DNA of 63,166 nt. Origin: an uncultured Thermoplasmatales archaeon (GTDB lineage: Archaea > Thermoplasmatota > E2 > DHVEG-1). The stretch is taken from NCBI GenBank assembly GCA_964592335.1, contig CAZQEU010000001.1, forward strand, positions 1-63,166, read 5' to 3'. The position numbers were made by a program, and so were the translations under genes. Of the stretch, positions 1 to 8,271 are shown piece by piece. The notes beneath the pieces were generated by a model. It saw nothing but the letters and a program-made list of their open reading frames with translations, was not told the DNA's origin and did no database searches. Within the stretch, counting starts at the first letter, position 1. Each line of letters starts with the position of its first letter.

Positions 1-2
1 AT

Positions 3-113
3 GCTTATTTTGGAATTGATATAGAAATAGTATGGGATGTTGTTCAAAATAAAATACCAGAATTAAAAGATCAAATGTTGCTAATTAAATCAAAAAGTAA
101 TAAAGAAAAATAG
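3..113 (+). CDS. 3' end of an ORF truncated by the window edge; C-terminus resembles the HepT/DUF86 family
   Basis: Frame 3 reads AYFGIDIEIVWDVVQNKIPELKDQMLLIKSKSNKEK* and ends at TAG 111-113. The pattern (D.E.VW..V...IP.L) is typical of DUF86 C-termini. Only 36 aa are visible. Confidence 0.35.
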   Translation, partial: AYFGIDIEIVWDVVQNKIPELKDQMLLIKSKSNKEK

Positions 114-164
114 ATTTGAAGATTAAAGAAATAGTTTTTCATTTAACAGTTATAACTCATTAAA

Positions 165-178
165 ATGTGACGTCACAT
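165..178. promoter_or_regulatory. Perfect 14-bp palindrome ATGTGACGTCACAT in an intergenic region
   Basis: Read directly from the sequence. It lies between the DUF86-like ORF end and the 3' end of the radical SAM gene. Function unknown. Confidence 0.3.
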
Positions 179-304
179 ACACGTTTAAATCCCGATGTGG
201 GCATATAACAATCTGCAAATAAAAAAATAATCAATGGATGGAAAAATTGGATTGGGGCTTAAATACAACTATTAAAAAGCAACTCTCAAACAAAGTACCT
301 TGTT

Positions 305-1258
305 TTATCCTATCTTCCTCATATAAAATGTATCTTTTTTATATTCTAATTCAACTAATTTTTTATCAAAGAGTAATCTTTCAATTACATTCCAATTAGA
401 ACCAGCTTTTTTCAAAAATTCTTCTACAGCCTCTTTTTTCATAGGATGAACTGATGCAATACTTAGAATATCATCTTCAATCTCCCCAGTATGCGCAAAA
501 GCATTGCCCTCGTAACCTATAAGATATTCCACATCGATACTTTTTCTTTTAAAAATTTGAAAAGCTCTGTTAATCCTGTCTTCAGAAGAGGGGTTAACCC
601 ATTTTTCTGCAGGAGGACGTATTGGAATGGATAGATAGCTTTTTTCAAGTTTTAAACCTGATATAAAATCAGCGACATCTTCTAAATCAGATTGATTATC
701 ATTTATATCTTTGATAAGCATTGTTTCAGTTACCAGGTCACCATTAAACGAATTGGAAAAGACTTTTATGCCTTCTAGTATCTTATCAAGATCAAGCAAA
801 CCATGTGGCCTATCAATTTTTTTCCATGTATCTTCATTTACAGCATCAATTTTTAAAGAAACCCAATCTGCATGAGATAAATCAGATATGACATCTTCTC
901 TATATATCAAAGATGAATTAGTAATAACACCTGTTTTAACACCAAGTGATTTAACTAACTTTATTTCCATGCCAAGGTTGATATCCAAAGTAGGCTCGCC
1001 ATCGGCAACAAAAGTAAGAAAATCAATATGCTCATTATTATTTCTTGCCTCTTTTACCTTTTTTTTAATTGATTCTAGCAACTTTTCTGGCTCATAAAAT
1101 TTTTTTCTCTCAAGTTTCATATTAAGAGTTCTACCAAGTTGACAATAAACACAAGAATATGTACATATCTTTGGTGGAATATTATTTATACCTAAGCTTT
1201 TACCTAGACGCCTTGAAGGAACTGGGCCATAGGCAATCATTTTTTCTTCATCGGCCAT
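305..1258 (-). CDS. Radical SAM domain protein (COG0731-like Fe-S oxidoreductase)
   Basis: N-terminal GPVPSRRLGKSLGINNIPPKICTYSCVYCQLGRT contains the CxxxCxxC 4Fe-4S/SAM motif. The ORF is 317 aa. Confidence 0.85.
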   Translation of the reverse strand: MADEEKMIAYGPVPSRRLGKSLGINNIPPKICTYSCVYCQLGRTLNMKLERKKFYEPEKLLESIKKKVKEARNNNEHIDFLTFVADGEPTLDINLGMEIKLVKSLGVKTGVITNSSLIYREDVISDLSHADWVSLKIDAVNEDTWKKIDRPHGLLDLDKILEGIKVFSNSFNGDLVTETMLIKDINDNQSDLEDVADFISGLKLEKSYLSIPIRPPAEKWVNPSSEDRINRAFQIFKRKSIDVEYLIGYEGNAFAHTGEIEDDILSIASVHPMKKEAVEEFLKKAGSNWNVIERLLFDKKLVELEYKKDTFYMRKIG

Positions 1259-1443
1259 AATTACTCAGCACTCTCATAAGTATATTTAATTTTACTGATT
1301 TTATTAATACGAAGTAGCCATTAGCATATCCTTGATAGCAAAATTAAGCGATTGCTTTATAATATACTTGTTTAATATCCCTATAAATAATTCAGGTTAG
1401 GATAAAAAATCTAATTTTGGGTTATATTGGGGGTTTAAAAAAA

Positions 1444-2265
1444 ATGGAAATAGCTGGTTTTGGATTAGAAGAAAAATTACCATATATAGGCATAAGTCTC
1501 TGGAACATTATACTAGCATTTTTAGTATTAATTGTTGGAATAATTGTTGTAAGAATTGCAGCAACATTACTTAAAAAATGGATGATTAGAGCAAAACTCT
1601 CAGAGATTCTAGCAGAATTTATAACAAGAGTACTCAGACTTATTCTATACGTGTTTGTAATAGGTACAGCACTAGCTTTTCTAGGTGTAGAAATTGGAGC
1701 AGCGCTTGTTAGCATATCTGTTGTACTAGGTTTTGTCCTTGGTTTTGCCATGGGAGATACCCTAAGCAATATCGCATCAGGATTTATGATTGCTGTTACA
1801 AAACCATTTAAAAAAGGTGATTATGTAACAGCAAATGGTGAAAGTGGAAGTGTAGAAAACGTTGGTATTAGTATTACCGAGCTTAGAACAGTTGATAATA
1901 AACTTGTAATTGTACCAAATAAATCTGTATGGGGAAGCAATATCACAAACTTTACAAAATACGATACACGCAGAGTTGATATGACAATGGGTGTTGGTTA
2001 CAATGATGATCTTGACAAAGTTATAAAGACCACACTTGATGTTTTAAAAGCTGACAAAAGAGTACTAAAAGATCCAGCACCACAGGTCGCGGTATCTGAG
2101 TTTGCAGACTCATCAGTAAACCTTGTTGTAAGACCATGGGTGAAAACAAGTGATTACTGGGGTTTTTTCTTTGATTTCAAAAAAGCAATAAAACAAAGAT
2201 ATGACAAAGAAAAAATCAATATACCATATCCACAGATGGATGTACATCTTGACAAAGGAGATTAA
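1444..2265 (+). CDS. Small-conductance mechanosensitive channel (MscS family)
   Basis: Three N-terminal TM helices are followed by a beta-domain, GDYVTANGESGSVENVGISITELRTVDNKLVIVPNKSVWGSNITNFT, typical of MscS. The ORF track starts at TTG 1417; ATG 1444 (MEIAGFG) is the more likely start. Confidence 0.85.
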   Translation: MEIAGFGLEEKLPYIGISLWNIILAFLVLIVGIIVVRIAATLLKKWMIRAKLSEILAEFITRVLRLILYVFVIGTALAFLGVEIGAALVSISVVLGFVLGFAMGDTLSNIASGFMIAVTKPFKKGDYVTANGESGSVENVGISITELRTVDNKLVIVPNKSVWGSNITNFTKYDTRRVDMTMGVGYNDDLDKVIKTTLDVLKADKRVLKDPAPQVAVSEFADSSVNLVVRPWVKTSDYWGFFFDFKKAIKQRYDKEKINIPYPQMDVHLDKGD

Positions 2266-2451
2266 ACAAAATCCCCCCAATATTCTCTCTTTATCTAAAT
2301 GATAAGATTATCAACTAATAATGTAACATTATATCCTTTTTTTATAGTTTTTACTAAAAAATGTTGCAATAATTGTATTTAATACTAAAATTAATATATG
2401 ACTAACAAATATATGTTTTAATTTGTTTTATAAAGGGGGGAAAACATTGAA

Positions 2452-4464
2452 ATGAAAAAGATAACATCTAAAAGTCTTTTTTTGACAATATTGTTGATGC
2501 TTATATTTATAATAATTATATTTTTATCTATGAATGCTTGTGCTAGTGGAGATACTATTTATGTTGATGATGACGGTGGAGCAGATTACACATGTATCCA
2601 AGAAGCAATAAACAGCGCCAGTAACGGTGATACAGTTTATGTTTATGGTGGTACTTATTATGAAAATGTGTTATTGAACAAAACTATAGATTTAGTCGGT
2701 GAGGATAAAAACACTACTATTATTGATGGTGGTAGTGGAGATGTTGTTTTAATCTTTAATGAGTGGGTAAATGTCTCTGGTTTTACCATCCAGAATGGCG
2801 ATAATGGTGTAAAGATAACTTATAGGTGTGCTCCAGTTGGAGATAATAGTTATGTATATTTTCAGTCTGATAATAACACTGTTTCTAATTGTATTATGAA
2901 CAACAAAAAAAATGAGTTAATTATTGATGGAACATCAAATAATCAGATAATTGGAAATGATATTGGATCAGATGAATTGAGCAGAGGTATAAAGATCCAT
3001 GGTTCGAATTCAAATAATAATTTAATCAAAAATAACCATATACATGGACCTGCAATATTACACGAGGGCATTGTTATTGAGGGCGGCCATAATCATATCT
3101 TGCTAAAAAATGAAATCGATAATGCGAGCATATTTTTAGATTCAAACTACAATCTATTTCAAGATAATATATTAATTAATCCAGGATTTGAACCAGGATT
3201 AAATTCAGGAAATGGCGGAGGAATACATGTAAGTGGAGATCACAACCAGATAATTGAAAACCATTTTCAGGGCCTAGGTTTAGATGAAGCATTTGATAAT
3301 TTAGTCCAGGATAACTATATCCATGATACAGACTCAGGGATATTTATTGAATTTTCAAAAAATAATATTTTTATGAACAATATTATCTCAGATTGTATAC
3401 ATGGGATTAGCGGGTATGGGTTAAATGGAAGCCATTTTGAAAATAACACTATTTCTAACACTGTACTTGTATCTATGAGGTTTTCTGAATATGCTTACAA
3501 TCTTAAACTTATAAATAATGTTATGGATAATGGAATAACTACTAAACAAGGATTTGAGGGCAACATAATCATTGGTAACACTGTAAATGGTGAACCATTG
3601 ATCTACAAAGAAGATGAATCACATATAACAATAGATGATGAACCTGCCGGACAAATAATTCTTGTAAATTGTGACAATATAACGATCAATAATGTAGATT
3701 TATCCGATGTAATTGTAGGTCTTGAAATGATAGATAGCAAAAACTGTAGCATATCAAATGCAACCTTTAGTACATCCATCATGGGAATTCATTTGATAGA
3801 CTCTCATTACAACTTAATAAGAGATAACATTCTATCAGATATGCATAAAAACAACTGGTGGAACGAGCAGCCGATAACGATTTTTTACTCAAATAACAAT
3901 ATTATAGAAAATAATCAACTATATGATAACTGGCGTGGAATAGGCATTAATACACTAAGCTATAATAACCAAATAAGAGGTAATACAATTAGCACAGACG
4001 GAGGAAAAAATGAGGGAGTTGGAATATACTTAGACGATAGACCCGCTAATACATATATATCTTATAACACTATTTCAGACTGCAATACAGGTATTCAAAT
4101 TGGATATGTAAAAGGGGGACATGTTTATAATACTACAATTTATATGAACACTTTTCAAAACTGTCTTTATGATATTGCAGATTACTCCACATCAACCCCT
4201 CCTCAAACTTCATCCCTAAAACAAACAAAAGTTCTTAGTTATAAGGACAAACCAACCCGCATACTTAAAAACAATTTCATGGGTTTAAACATATTTACTA
4301 AGTTCAAAATCCTAGATTCCTCTGCAAGTTTTACAGACTGGAATAACAACTACTGGGGAAGATTCAAGATTTTACCAAAACTGTTATTTGGAATTGACAA
4401 AAATGGAATACCCTCTCAGCTTAAAATAGACTGGGATCCTGCTAAAAGACCCTATGATATATAG
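2452..4464 (+). CDS. Secreted right-handed parallel beta-helix repeat protein (NosD/pectate-lyase-like PbH1 repeats)
   Basis: Signal/TM segment MKKITSKSLFLTILLMLIFIIIIFL. Start motif IYVDDDGGADYTCIQEAINSASNGDTVYVYGGTYYENV. Many N-x-I-x-x-N beta-helix rungs. A strong GGGGGG SD lies upstream. Confidence 0.8.
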   Translation: MKKITSKSLFLTILLMLIFIIIIFLSMNACASGDTIYVDDDGGADYTCIQEAINSASNGDTVYVYGGTYYENVLLNKTIDLVGEDKNTTIIDGGSGDVVLIFNEWVNVSGFTIQNGDNGVKITYRCAPVGDNSYVYFQSDNNTVSNCIMNNKKNELIIDGTSNNQIIGNDIGSDELSRGIKIHGSNSNNNLIKNNHIHGPAILHEGIVIEGGHNHILLKNEIDNASIFLDSNYNLFQDNILINPGFEPGLNSGNGGGIHVSGDHNQIIENHFQGLGLDEAFDNLVQDNYIHDTDSGIFIEFSKNNIFMNNIISDCIHGISGYGLNGSHFENNTISNTVLVSMRFSEYAYNLKLINNVMDNGITTKQGFEGNIIIGNTVNGEPLIYKEDESHITIDDEPAGQIILVNCDNITINNVDLSDVIVGLEMIDSKNCSISNATFSTSIMGIHLIDSHYNLIRDNILSDMHKNNWWNEQPITIFYSNNNIIENNQLYDNWRGIGINTLSYNNQIRGNTISTDGGKNEGVGIYLDDRPANTYISYNTISDCNTGIQIGYVKGGHVYNTTIYMNTFQNCLYDIADYSTSTPPQTSSLKQTKVLSYKDKPTRILKNNFMGLNIFTKFKILDSSASFTDWNNNYWGRFKILPKLLFGIDKNGIPSQLKIDWDPAKRPYDI

Positions 4465-4501
4465 TAAAATAATTTTATAAAAAAATATAGTTATATCAAA
4501 A

Positions 4502-5146
4502 TCATATTTTTTCATTAATTCTCTCTGTTTTTGAAAAGATTAAAGGATAGACTATATCACTTGTACAACATGGCAACCACACAGCTAGAAACAAGAAAAC
4601 AAAAATACCGATTGTTTGAACAATACTAACCGTATTACCTAGTGCCATTATAACATGAAACAATGATGCCCAAGTACTTATTAGAACATGTCCCGAGTGA
4701 GGAAATTTTGTAAAACCTTTCCAATATGCAAAAGCTATTCCAATAAAAGCAGGGGCATTTGTAATAATTGGTTTTTCTATAAAGCCGATATGTGCCTCTG
4801 CATTAGGTAGATCAAGCAGTATTTCTCCAAGATAAGGAATAATTGAGTCACTTATTGTTGCAATTCCAATTGCACCTGTGTAACCAATAAGTATTGCAAG
4901 CCATATGTTTTTTTTAGAGTATTTTAGATAGAGAGCTGTTGTGACAAGTGCGCTTAGAAAAACATGGGTTGGATGTAAAATAAAAAATATGTTTTCAGAA
5001 ACTTTGGATACTTCAGATAATAAGCTTGTGTATAACAAAACAAGCATAATAGCTATGCCTGTTACGGCTCCGAATAGAGTAAAAGGAATATGCTGTTTTA
5101 GCTCTTGGGTAATTTTATTTATTTTTTCACTCATAAAAACAAACAT
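4502..5146 (-). CDS. Polytopic His/Cys-rich membrane protein, candidate metal transporter (family not recognised)
   Basis: About 6 hydrophobic segments. Conserved-looking HPTH, AEAH, PHSGH, FH and CC motifs. Divergent from a NikR-like gene. An alternative start lies at 5134 (MSEKINK). Confidence 0.55.
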   Translation of the reverse strand: MFVFMSEKINKITQELKQHIPFTLFGAVTGIAIMLVLLYTSLLSEVSKVSENIFFILHPTHVFLSALVTTALYLKYSKKNIWLAILIGYTGAIGIATISDSIIPYLGEILLDLPNAEAHIGFIEKPIITNAPAFIGIAFAYWKGFTKFPHSGHVLISTWASLFHVIMALGNTVSIVQTIGIFVFLFLAVWLPCCTSDIVYPLIFSKTERINEKI

Positions 5147-5223
5147 ATTATTAACATTTATATAATTTTTTATTAACTTTTATAGTGAAATATATAAGCA
5201 TGTTATTAATTATTGTTGATGTT

Positions 5224-5607
5224 ATGCCAATAATAAGTGTATCACTAAACAAAAAAATACTAGAAGAAATCGATCAGATGCAAGAAGAATACGGCTACTC
5301 CGCAAGATCGGAGTTGATAAGAGCAGGTTTAAGACTTTTGATATCTGATAAAAAAAATACAGAGAAGCTATCCGGAACAATAAAATCAATTCTAATTTTG
5401 ATACATAAACATGATGCCGAGCAAACTGTATCTCAGATAAAACACAAGTTCAAAGATATTACAAAAACACAGATCCACAGTCATTTTAAAGAGGATAAAT
5501 GCCTAGAGATATTTGTGTTAGAAGGAGATGCAGAAAAAATAAAGGAGATGGTCAGACGTCTTCAAACCAGTAAAAAAATGGATTTAATAAAACTAATAAT
5601 TGCATAA
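5224..5607 (+). CDS. nikR: NikR-like ribbon-helix-helix (CopG family) metal-responsive transcriptional regulator
   Basis: The N-terminus MPIISVSLNKKILEEIDQMQEEYGYSARSELIRAGLRLL is an RHH motif as in NikR. The C-terminal ACT-like domain contains His/Cys (HKHD...HSHFKEDKC). The ORF track starts at GTG 5185; ATG 5224 is preferred. Confidence 0.7.
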   Translation: MPIISVSLNKKILEEIDQMQEEYGYSARSELIRAGLRLLISDKKNTEKLSGTIKSILILIHKHDAEQTVSQIKHKFKDITKTQIHSHFKEDKCLEIFVLEGDAEKIKEMVRRLQTSKKMDLIKLIIA

Positions 5608-5643
5608 AAAAAGAAAAAAAGAGATTAGAAATTTATTATTTCT

Positions 5644-8160
5644 CTAGCTTAAATTGTCGATTATCGGTTGAAGAATATCCTCAAGGAAGGGAAATAGATC
5701 AATTAATTTCTGTAGTATTATGACAATTAAACTATCTGTAGGTTCTCTTATGGTGATGTAATCTGTTTTCTCACTTATTTGATTCATAGGATCCTTTGCT
5801 TTAAATGTAATCTGATATGTGCCCTCTGTATCCCATGTATGGCTTTCAGCATACTTATAACCAGAATTATAAGGCTCAGTCCAACCTGTGATAGATCCAT
5901 CACCCCAATCAATATAGTATGATAAATCCTCGCTTAATGGATCATATGCTGTAAAGTTAAATTCATATTCAATATCACTCCTACCATAACTTGGCCCATC
6001 AATAACTGGTTCATGTGGTGGAGCATTTATGTATATGAACTCTAACATATTATTTGTAGCACCTGCCTTATCTACAGCCATATATTCAAGACCACATGGA
6101 TTACAATAACTTCCTGAAATTTCAAAGGTATCTCCATTATTAACTTCAATCCAATTAGTTTTTCCTTGAATTTTATACTGAATCATATCTAAACCAGAAA
6201 GTTCAGGTTGATCCTGAGCAGTAATAGTTACCGCGACAGGTCCCACATATTCACCATCAACAAGATTTCCATTAAGATCTATATTCAAGTCAGGCGGAGT
6301 CTTGTCAACACCAAACTCATCAGTCACTGGAATTTCCTGATTACCATAATAATCTATAGAATATGCTTCTATAACATGATTTCCTTCAGCACCCACAGGA
6401 ATATACTTTTGTTCTTCAGGAATATATCTTATCCAATCTCCATTGTCTACTCGATAATATGTATCAATTACAGATGTCCAATCAGTAGCAGTAAAAGAGA
6501 TACGCTGAGTATCCTTATACCACTCTGCTCCATTATTTCCAAAACCATGATGAATAGTAGTAACAGGCGGTACAGTTTGATCTATTTTAACTGGAACAGT
6601 TGTTGAACCAGTTGCACCATCGTTATCTGTAACAGTGAGCGTTACATCATATATCATATCAGGTTGAGAAAATTCATGCTCTGGATTTACAATATCTGCT
6701 GTACCTCCATCACCAAAATCCCATTCATATCCAACTATACTACCATCCGGATCATAAGAGTCTCGCCCGTCAAATCGAACTTCTAATTCGTTATCAGCAT
6801 AATCATCAGGGTTTATTCCTGCTACAGGATTCCATATTTCATAAACACCAACAGTTCTGGTCATATAACTCTCCAAGCCACATTGACTCCAAACTGTCAA
6901 AGTAACCTCATAATCTCCTTCAATATTATATTGCCATGTTGGGTCATTATCAGTAGAATCAACTACTCCATCGCCATTAAAATCCCATTCACGAGTAGAA
7001 ACTTTAGCACCTGTTGACATATCATCAAATTCTATTACATCTCCAACATGTGGATATTTTGAACCATAATCAGTTTCATAATCAAAATCTGCATAAACAC
7101 GGCACTCAACATCAGGAATGCCCTCATCAGGACCTTGCGGCCATGCAGGAGTAGTAACATATGTTACATCCCTATCGCCAAGGCTGATACATCCATAGGC
7201 AACATTTGTAAAACCACCGTATCCAAAACCTGTACCCCAACTATTTTTTATAATCCAATATCCTCCATTTTTGATATCTGGATTATCTACCCATCCGCAC
7301 AAAACTTGTGCATGGTTTGTCATACCAGAGTCAGACCCAGAAGGTTCATACACATCAGTTGAACCATGATGACTCCAGCCAAAGTTACTCCAGCCAGATG
7401 ATGCATATATATCAACTGATAGTGGACCATATGTATAAACCCAGCTTTTAAGCAAATCCCAATCACTCTGACTAGATGGAGTTATTGATGTTACACCCCA
7501 AGTCTCTATTTCCCAGAGTTTATTATCAGGCTGAGGAGGGTCAGTCAAATAATCCCAATCATCACATTTGTCACTACAAGGAATATAATCTACTGCTTCA
7601 TAAGGAAAACACGATTCAATCGTACATCCATTAACACCATTTCCCGTAGAACCCATATTTTCACTTTCAATGTACTCTATTGTCTCACTCATCCAGCCTC
7701 CACTGCAGGAACCTGCTGCGCCAAGACATGAAAGAATATATTGCTCAGAAAGATCAATGTTTGTAGAAGGATTACCTGATGAGATGTCTATTGCAGCTTC
7801 CATTGCACCAAGAGCACCAAATGCCCAGCAACTACCGCAATTACCTTGGTCTTTTGCAACTGTTGTCCAATCTCCACCAAAAGATCTCCAATTGAACTGA
7901 GAAGGAAGACCACCGGATGAAACTGTCATCTGTGGGTTTTTAATCATTTTATCTAGTTGCTCCTGTGTTTTTGGAGGAAAACTAGTCGTAACATATCCAT
8001 AATTGTCATATTTAATTTCAGAGTCCTCTGAGCTTTTTTTCTCAAAAATTACATTCTTATCATTGTTTTTTTCAACAGGAAAAATATTTCCTGTGTTAAC
8101 TACTGCAAATGCACTTGCTAAAAATAGTCCTACAACTAAAATAGAAAAAATTTTTTTCAT
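5644..8160 (-). CDS. Secreted papain-family (C1) cysteine peptidase fused to PKD and Ig-like domains, with a novel C-terminal tail
   Basis: Signal peptide MKKIFSILVVGLFLASAFAVV. Catalytic motifs QGNCGSCWAF (Cys), TNHAQVLCGW (His) and IIKNSWG (Asn). PKD signatures WDFNGDGVVDS, YEWDFGDGGTA and YIDWGDGS. Tail: LIVIILQKLIDLFPFLEDILQPIIDNLS. Confidence 0.85.
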   Translation of the reverse strand: MKKIFSILVVGLFLASAFAVVNTGNIFPVEKNNDKNVIFEKKSSEDSEIKYDNYGYVTTSFPPKTQEQLDKMIKNPQMTVSSGGLPSQFNWRSFGGDWTTVAKDQGNCGSCWAFGALGAMEAAIDISSGNPSTNIDLSEQYILSCLGAAGSCSGGWMSETIEYIESENMGSTGNGVNGCTIESCFPYEAVDYIPCSDKCDDWDYLTDPPQPDNKLWEIETWGVTSITPSSQSDWDLLKSWVYTYGPLSVDIYASSGWSNFGWSHHGSTDVYEPSGSDSGMTNHAQVLCGWVDNPDIKNGGYWIIKNSWGTGFGYGGFTNVAYGCISLGDRDVTYVTTPAWPQGPDEGIPDVECRVYADFDYETDYGSKYPHVGDVIEFDDMSTGAKVSTREWDFNGDGVVDSTDNDPTWQYNIEGDYEVTLTVWSQCGLESYMTRTVGVYEIWNPVAGINPDDYADNELEVRFDGRDSYDPDGSIVGYEWDFGDGGTADIVNPEHEFSQPDMIYDVTLTVTDNDGATGSTTVPVKIDQTVPPVTTIHHGFGNNGAEWYKDTQRISFTATDWTSVIDTYYRVDNGDWIRYIPEEQKYIPVGAEGNHVIEAYSIDYYGNQEIPVTDEFGVDKTPPDLNIDLNGNLVDGEYVGPVAVTITAQDQPELSGLDMIQYKIQGKTNWIEVNNGDTFEISGSYCNPCGLEYMAVDKAGATNNMLEFIYINAPPHEPVIDGPSYGRSDIEYEFNFTAYDPLSEDLSYYIDWGDGSITGWTEPYNSGYKYAESHTWDTEGTYQITFKAKDPMNQISEKTDYITIREPTDSLIVIILQKLIDLFPFLEDILQPIIDNLS

Positions 8161-8271
8161 ATTTTTTTACACCTCCACCTAATTAACTATGGTTAATTTT
8201 AAAATGCAATATTGTGACTTAAAGCTTTTGGTTGTAACTATCAACACCATATTTTTTTGATTTGTAACTAA

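Noticed and set aside
1422-1769. 115-aa ORF antisense to the MscS gene. Similar shadow ORFs in the track include 888-1097, 4941-5165, 6208-6606, 7135-7362, 7670-7900, 8409-8696, 9411-9596, 10423-10647, 12531-12767, 15078-15323 and 15985-16212.
   Set aside because: All lie wholly inside much longer ORFs that have clear family motifs. They have low-complexity, Ser/Ile/Phe-rich composition and no start context, so they are typical shadow ORFs.
2272-2443. TCCCCCC ... GGGGGGA inverted 7-mers about 160 nt apart, upstream of the beta-helix gene.
   Set aside because: The distal arm is simply the strong SD of the 2452 gene, and the long AT-rich interval makes a functional stem unlikely.
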